Shown in pieces: positions 15,601-19,492 of a stretch of DNA of 19,492 bases (within the stretch, counting starts at the first letter, position 1; each line of letters opens with the position of its first letter). The DNA lies in the NCBI GenBank assembly GCA_045863395.1, contig BTVJ01000120.1:1-19492 (forward strand), read 5' to 3'. Source of the DNA: Myxococcales bacterium (lineage in GTDB: Bacteria; Myxococcota_A; UBA9042; JABWCM01; BTVJ01). The position numbers and the translations under genes are program-made. The notes under the pieces are model-generated. The model saw only the letters and a program-made list of their open reading frames with translations. It was not told the DNA's origin and searched no databases.

Positions 15601-16092
15601 TCAGGGCAGGTAGAACACGACCCGCACGCCCGCGGTCACGTAGGCGGGCAGGGTGTCGAGCCGAGTGACCAGCGCGTGGTAGCGCCCCTCGATGCCGACC
15701 GCATAGCCCCTGGCGGGCCTCCAGTCGAGCCCCCCCCCTGCCGCGATGGCGAAGTCCCCTTCCACGACCCCGCCTGCAAGGAGGGCTCCCCCAACCAGCA
15801 GGTCCACGTGGGGCACCCACTCGAAGGCGTCGATGCTATAGCGGATGCCGGCGAGCAGGAGCGCCACGTCCACGTCGGTCGTCCCGAAGTGGTGGGACCA
15901 CGATCCCTCCGCCACGAGCCCCCAGTAGTCGTCGATGCCCCACTCCCACCCGACCCCGAGCCCGGCGCCGTGGAGGTCCTCGCCGCTCGTCACCTCAACG
16001 GCGTACCGCGGGGTCAGGGCGATGGCGTGCTCCCCCTCCTCCGCCAGCGCCGGATGTGACAGAAGCAGCAGGACCAGGGCGAGCCGCGACAT
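15601..16092 (-). CDS. Small outer-membrane beta-barrel protein (~163 aa, probably 8-stranded)
   Basis: Signal peptide MSRLALVLLLLSHPALA; alternating amphipathic strands GLGVGWEWG, LAGIRYSID, GGGLDWR, VGIEGRYH and terminal VTAGVRVVF. Real start is ATG 16092 within the long track ORF. Confidence 0.75.
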   Translation of the reverse strand: MSRLALVLLLLSHPALAEEGEHAIALTPRYAVEVTSGEDLHGAGLGVGWEWGIDDYWGLVAEGSWSHHFGTTDVDVALLLAGIRYSIDAFEWVPHVDLLVGGALLAGGVVEGDFAIAAGGGLDWRPARGYAVGIEGRYHALVTRLDTLPAYVTAGVRVVFYLP

Positions 16093-16099
16093 GGCGCGC

Positions 16100-16128
16100 A
16101 GTGTGCCCGACCCCCCCCACACCGTCAA
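16100..16128 (-). promoter_or_regulatory. Putative promoter for the beta-barrel gene
   Basis: Minus strand TTGACG (16128-16123), 17 nt, CACACT (16105-16100), 7 nt, ATG. Confidence 0.55.
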
Positions 16129-16130
16129 CG

Positions 16131-16160
16131 TTGACAGGGTCGAGCCCCCTCGACTATAAG
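16131..16160 (+). promoter_or_regulatory. Sigma70-type promoter for the yfgM-like/bamB-like operon
   Basis: TTGACA (16131-16136), 18 nt, TATAAG (16155-16160); GGAGG SD at 16191-16195. Confidence 0.7.
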
Positions 16161-16203
16161 AACGCGCTCCCGACCACCCGGGACAGCCCAGGAGGTGCCT
16201 GCC

Positions 16204-17010
16204 GTGGCCAAGACCCCGACGACCCGACGCCGCATGACCCGTGACGAGCTGACCCAGCCCGACGAGGTCATCGGCAAGCTGCAAGACAGCTACGACTGGC
16301 TCAACCGCTACCGCTGGGTGATCCTCGGCGGCGTGGGGGCCCTGGTCGTCATCGGCGCCGCCTGGTCCATCTGGTCGAGCATGAGCTCCGGCAAGGCGGA
16401 GGTCGTCTCCGCGGCCTTCGACAAGGCGCTCTGGACCACCGCCGCCCCCGTCCTCACCGGCGACGAGGAGGTCCCCGACGTCATCAAGCAGCAGGGGATC
16501 CAGACCTTCAAGACGGAGGACGCGCGGGTCCAGGCGTCCATCGCCGCCCTCGAGGCCTTCCTGAAGGAGCACGACGGCACGTCCCTCGGTGACATGGCCA
16601 AGGCCCTCCAGGGCGCGGCGAAGTTCGACAAGGGGGAGTTCCAGGCGGCGGCGGACGCGGTCAGCGCGTGGCTCGCCACGAACGAGAAGCACCCCATGGC
16701 CCTCGTCCTCCACGAGGAGGTCGGCATCGCCCTGGCGGCCCTGGGCAAGACCGGGGACGCCGCCTCCCACTTCGAGAAGCTGGTCGCCGCCCCCGACTGG
16801 TGGTTCAAGGCGAACGGCCACATGCGCCTCGGGGACCTCTACAGCCCGCTGCTCGACGCCAAGGGCGCCGACAAGGCCAAGGCCATCGCCAGCTACAAGG
16901 CCGCCGTGGAGGCGCTGCCCAAGGTCGGCGACGACGACGACATCGACGTGGCCATCGCCCCGCGGTTCCTCAAGGAAGAGCTGGAGAAGCGCATCTCCAT
17001 GCTCCAGTAG
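16204..17010 (+). CDS. YfgM-like membrane-anchored TPR protein (~268 aa)
   Basis: Basic N-terminus and ELTQPDE motif, single TM helix (WVILGGVGALVVIGAAWSIW), then TPR-like helices. GTG 8 nt after GGAGG; directly upstream of a BamB-like gene as in yfgM-bamB. Confidence 0.7.
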   Translation: MAKTPTTRRRMTRDELTQPDEVIGKLQDSYDWLNRYRWVILGGVGALVVIGAAWSIWSSMSSGKAEVVSAAFDKALWTTAAPVLTGDEEVPDVIKQQGIQTFKTEDARVQASIAALEAFLKEHDGTSLGDMAKALQGAAKFDKGEFQAAADAVSAWLATNEKHPMALVLHEEVGIALAALGKTGDAASHFEKLVAAPDWWFKANGHMRLGDLYSPLLDAKGADKAKAIASYKAAVEALPKVGDDDDIDVAIAPRFLKEELEKRISMLQ

Positions 17011-17014
17011 CCCG

Positions 17015-18145
17015 ATGAGGGCTCTCGCACTTCCACTCGCCGCCTGGGCGCTGTGCGCCTGCACCGCAGGGGCGGGCAACTTCGGGTGGCACTCCGGCCA
17101 GGACGAGCCGGTCCCCTCGCCCCTCGTCCCCGCTTGGTCGGCGCGCCTCTACGAGCTCGGGCCTATCCCTTACGATCCCCAGGACCACGCCGCACCAGCG
17201 ACCGACCGCAAGGGCGAGGTGGTCGTCTCGGGCGCCGGGGACGGCATGGTGCGGGCCTGGGTCGCGACCTCGGGCCGCGAGCTCTGGTCCTACGAGATGC
17301 ACGAGGCAGTCGTCTCGGCTCCCCTCGTCACGGGCGACACGGTGCTGGTCGGCTCCCTGGACGGCTACGTGGCGCGCCTCGATCTGGAGACTGGCGCCGA
17401 GGCCTGGTCCTACGACACACAGGGCGCCGTCCGGGCCACCCCAGCGGAGATGGGCGGTCGCGTCTTCGCCACCAATGACCTGAACCGGGTCATGGCGGTG
17501 GACGGGGAGACCGGCAAGCACCTGTGGCACAAGCAGCGCCCTCACCAGCGCGAGTTCACCATCACCGGCCACGCAGGCGTCCTGGCCCACGGCGGCGTCC
17601 TCTACACGGGCTTCTCCGACGGCATGCTCCAGGCCCTCGCGCCCGAGGATGGCGCCACCGTCTGGAGCCGCTTCCTCGGCGAGCGCCAGGACGAGTTCGT
17701 CGACGTGGATACGACCCCGGTCCTCGCCTCGGGCACCTTGTATGCGGCCGCCTACCGCGGTGGCCTCCACGCCCTGGACCCGGCGACTGGAGACGTGCGG
17801 TGGCGCCACCCGGTGGAGGGCTGCTCGGAGCCCGTCGTCCGGGCAGGCCGCATCTACGTGACGACCGCGGCGCGTGAGCTCCTGGTCCTCGCCGAGGCGG
17901 ACGGCGCGCTCCTCGCGCGCACCACCTTCCAGACCGGCAGCCTCTCTCGCCCCGTGGTGGTGGGCCCATGGGTCCTCGTCGGGACCGGCGGGGCCCTGGC
18001 CGTGGTCTCCTCGGGCACGGGCCGCGTCCGCGACCTGTGGACGACCTACGACGGCATCTCGGCGCCCCCGGCCACCGCGCGCGGCCGCCTGTTCGTCGTC
18101 AGCAACGGCGGCATGCTCCAAGCCATGAACATCGTCCGCCCCTAG
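17015..18145 (+). CDS. PQQ-like beta-propeller lipoprotein, BamB-like (~376 aa)
   Basis: Lipobox-like ALCAC; repeated blades AWVATSGRELW, RLDLETGAEAW, AVDGETGKHLW, ALAPEDGATVW, ALDPATGDVRW; FVDVDTTPV resembles the conserved BamB loop. Confidence 0.8.
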   Translation: MRALALPLAAWALCACTAGAGNFGWHSGQDEPVPSPLVPAWSARLYELGPIPYDPQDHAAPATDRKGEVVVSGAGDGMVRAWVATSGRELWSYEMHEAVVSAPLVTGDTVLVGSLDGYVARLDLETGAEAWSYDTQGAVRATPAEMGGRVFATNDLNRVMAVDGETGKHLWHKQRPHQREFTITGHAGVLAHGGVLYTGFSDGMLQALAPEDGATVWSRFLGERQDEFVDVDTTPVLASGTLYAAAYRGGLHALDPATGDVRWRHPVEGCSEPVVRAGRIYVTTAARELLVLAEADGALLARTTFQTGSLSRPVVVGPWVLVGTGGALAVVSSGTGRVRDLWTTYDGISAPPATARGRLFVVSNGGMLQAMNIVRP

Positions 18146-18158
18146 CGGTGGAGGCACC

Positions 18159-19382
18159 ATGACTCTGCGACACGTGGCCCCGTTGGTCCTGCTCCTGGCC
18201 TGCGCCGACACGACGACCGACGCCCCCGGGGCCAGCGGCGGGCAGGGCGACGCCATCACGGGCTCGGACGCTGTCTACGGCGCGGACTCCCCAGGGGGCG
18301 ACGACGCCCCCGATGCCCCCCCGGGCACGGACGCGGCGACTCCGGCTCCCCTCTGCTCCGCCCCGGAGGACTGCGAGCCCGCTCAGGTCTGCGACTGCCA
18401 CGGCGCCTGTGTCCCGAAGGGCGTCACCCCTTGCGTCGAGCACAAGAACTGCGGCGCGACCGCGACGAACTTCTGCGACCCCTGCACCGGCTACTGCGGC
18501 GTCCGCAAGGGCGTCTGCCAGCCCTGCGAGAAGGACTGGGAGTGCGAGGGCGACGGCAGCGCCTGCCTCGACCTGGCGTCCGGCGGTCGCGTGTGCGGCG
18601 CCGCCTGCGTGGCTGATCCGGGCTGCCCCAAGGGCTTCCTGTGCCAGGCGATCCCGAACGTCAAGCAGAAGCAGTGCGTGCCCCAGTCCGGGAGCTGCGA
18701 GAAGCCGGGCGACTGCGCCAAGGACGCCGACTGCCCCTTCCCGACGATCTGCAACCTGGACCTTCTTGTCTGCGCGGAGGGCTGCCCCGACGACGACGCG
18801 TGCCCCAACGGCCTCGTCTGCACCGCCGGCCGCTGCGTCCCCCCGTGCGACGACGCGACGAGCCCCTGCAAGGCCGGCCAGGAGTGCATAGCCGGCCACT
18901 GCAAGGTGCCCGGCGGCTGCCTCGACGCATCCGAGTGCCCCCTCGCCGAGACCTACTGCGACCCGGAGGCCCACACCTGCAAGCCGGGTTGCCTGACCGA
19001 CTTCGACTGCAAACAGTCGGCGAAGCGCTGCGACGGCGGCAAGTGCACCGAGAAGGGTTGCCCCGGCAACTTCTACTGTGCCTTCGGGGAGGTGTGCAGC
19101 AAGGGGAGCGGCAAGTGCGAGGCGGCGCAGGGCCCCTACTGCGATCCGTGCGACCAGCAGGCGGAGGGCCAGTGCGGTGGGGGCCAGAACCTGTGCATCG
19201 GTTTCCAGGACCAGGACGGCAACGCGCTTGGCGACTTCTGCCTCGTCGAGTGCGGCTCGGACCCTGACAACCCGTGCCCCCAGGGCTACGCGTGCGAGAT
19301 CCTGGAGCTGGAGGAAGGCGACAAGCGCAACCTGTGCGTGCGCAACTGCCCGGTCCCGGCTGTCGGCGGAGGGGGCCCTTAG
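18159..19382 (+). CDS. Cys-rich repeat lipoprotein, 407 aa
   Basis: GGAGG SD; MTLRHVAPLVLLLAC lipobox; Asp/Gly/Ala linker; repeated C-x5-C-x5-C-x(4-6)-C modules; 55 Cys by hand count. Confidence 0.85.
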   Translation: MTLRHVAPLVLLLACADTTTDAPGASGGQGDAITGSDAVYGADSPGGDDAPDAPPGTDAATPAPLCSAPEDCEPAQVCDCHGACVPKGVTPCVEHKNCGATATNFCDPCTGYCGVRKGVCQPCEKDWECEGDGSACLDLASGGRVCGAACVADPGCPKGFLCQAIPNVKQKQCVPQSGSCEKPGDCAKDADCPFPTICNLDLLVCAEGCPDDDACPNGLVCTAGRCVPPCDDATSPCKAGQECIAGHCKVPGGCLDASECPLAETYCDPEAHTCKPGCLTDFDCKQSAKRCDGGKCTEKGCPGNFYCAFGEVCSKGSGKCEAAQGPYCDPCDQQAEGQCGGGQNLCIGFQDQDGNALGDFCLVECGSDPDNPCPQGYACEILELEEGDKRNLCVRNCPVPAVGGGGP

Positions 19383-19492
19383 AGGGTGTATTCCAAATGG
19401 CCCTGCTACGTGCGCGGTCGCATCGTGCCTGGCTGCGTCGCGGGCCTCCCGACGAGGGGACGAGTACCACAAGTACGCGCCCCCTCGTCGGG
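19382..19492. mobile_element. Probable MITE/REP-like element, truncated by the window end
   Basis: Begins TTA|GAGGGTGT at the gene's stop codon. Contains a 20-position stem with 2 mismatches (19448-19467 pairing with 19473-19492, loop CACAA). Confidence 0.45.

Noticed and set aside
15592..15610. Short CCTGC/GCAGG dyad between der and the barrel gene
   Set aside because: A 5-bp stem is expected by chance at this GC content.
16589..17014. Extension of the BamB-like ORF upstream of ATG 17015
   Set aside because: Out-of-frame overlap with the TPR gene; Arg/Ser/Pro-rich junk composition.
16093..17079. N-terminal part of the 492-aa - strand ORF
   Set aside because: Antisense shadow of the TPR gene; only the last 163 aa look like a real protein.

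Overview
High-GC bacterial DNA, most likely Myxococcota/Deltaproteobacteria (inferred from a MYXO-CTERM-like sorting signal, many Cys-rich lipoproteins and the era-der arrangement). The left 6.8 kb is an accessory, translationally coupled + strand operon: the 3' end of a helical protein, a ~997-aa secreted metzincin zinc metalloprotease carrying Cys-rich inserts (one somatomedin-B-like), a Kelch beta-propeller lipoprotein, and a Cys-repeat surface protein with a MYXO-CTERM-like tail. The rest is mostly housekeeping and envelope genes: mutL, miaA, a five-domain ribosomal-S1-like protein with a DRGPRPG repeat tail (- strand), a lipoprotein metzincin (M43-like), era, der, a small outer-membrane beta-barrel (- strand), a YfgM-like TPR protein, a BamB-like propeller and a 55-Cys lipoprotein. 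Several sigma70-like promoters are visible, four of which predict leaderless or near-leaderless mRNAs. The window ends inside a probable MITE/REP-like palindromic element. All starts were re-picked by eye and no database searches were run.
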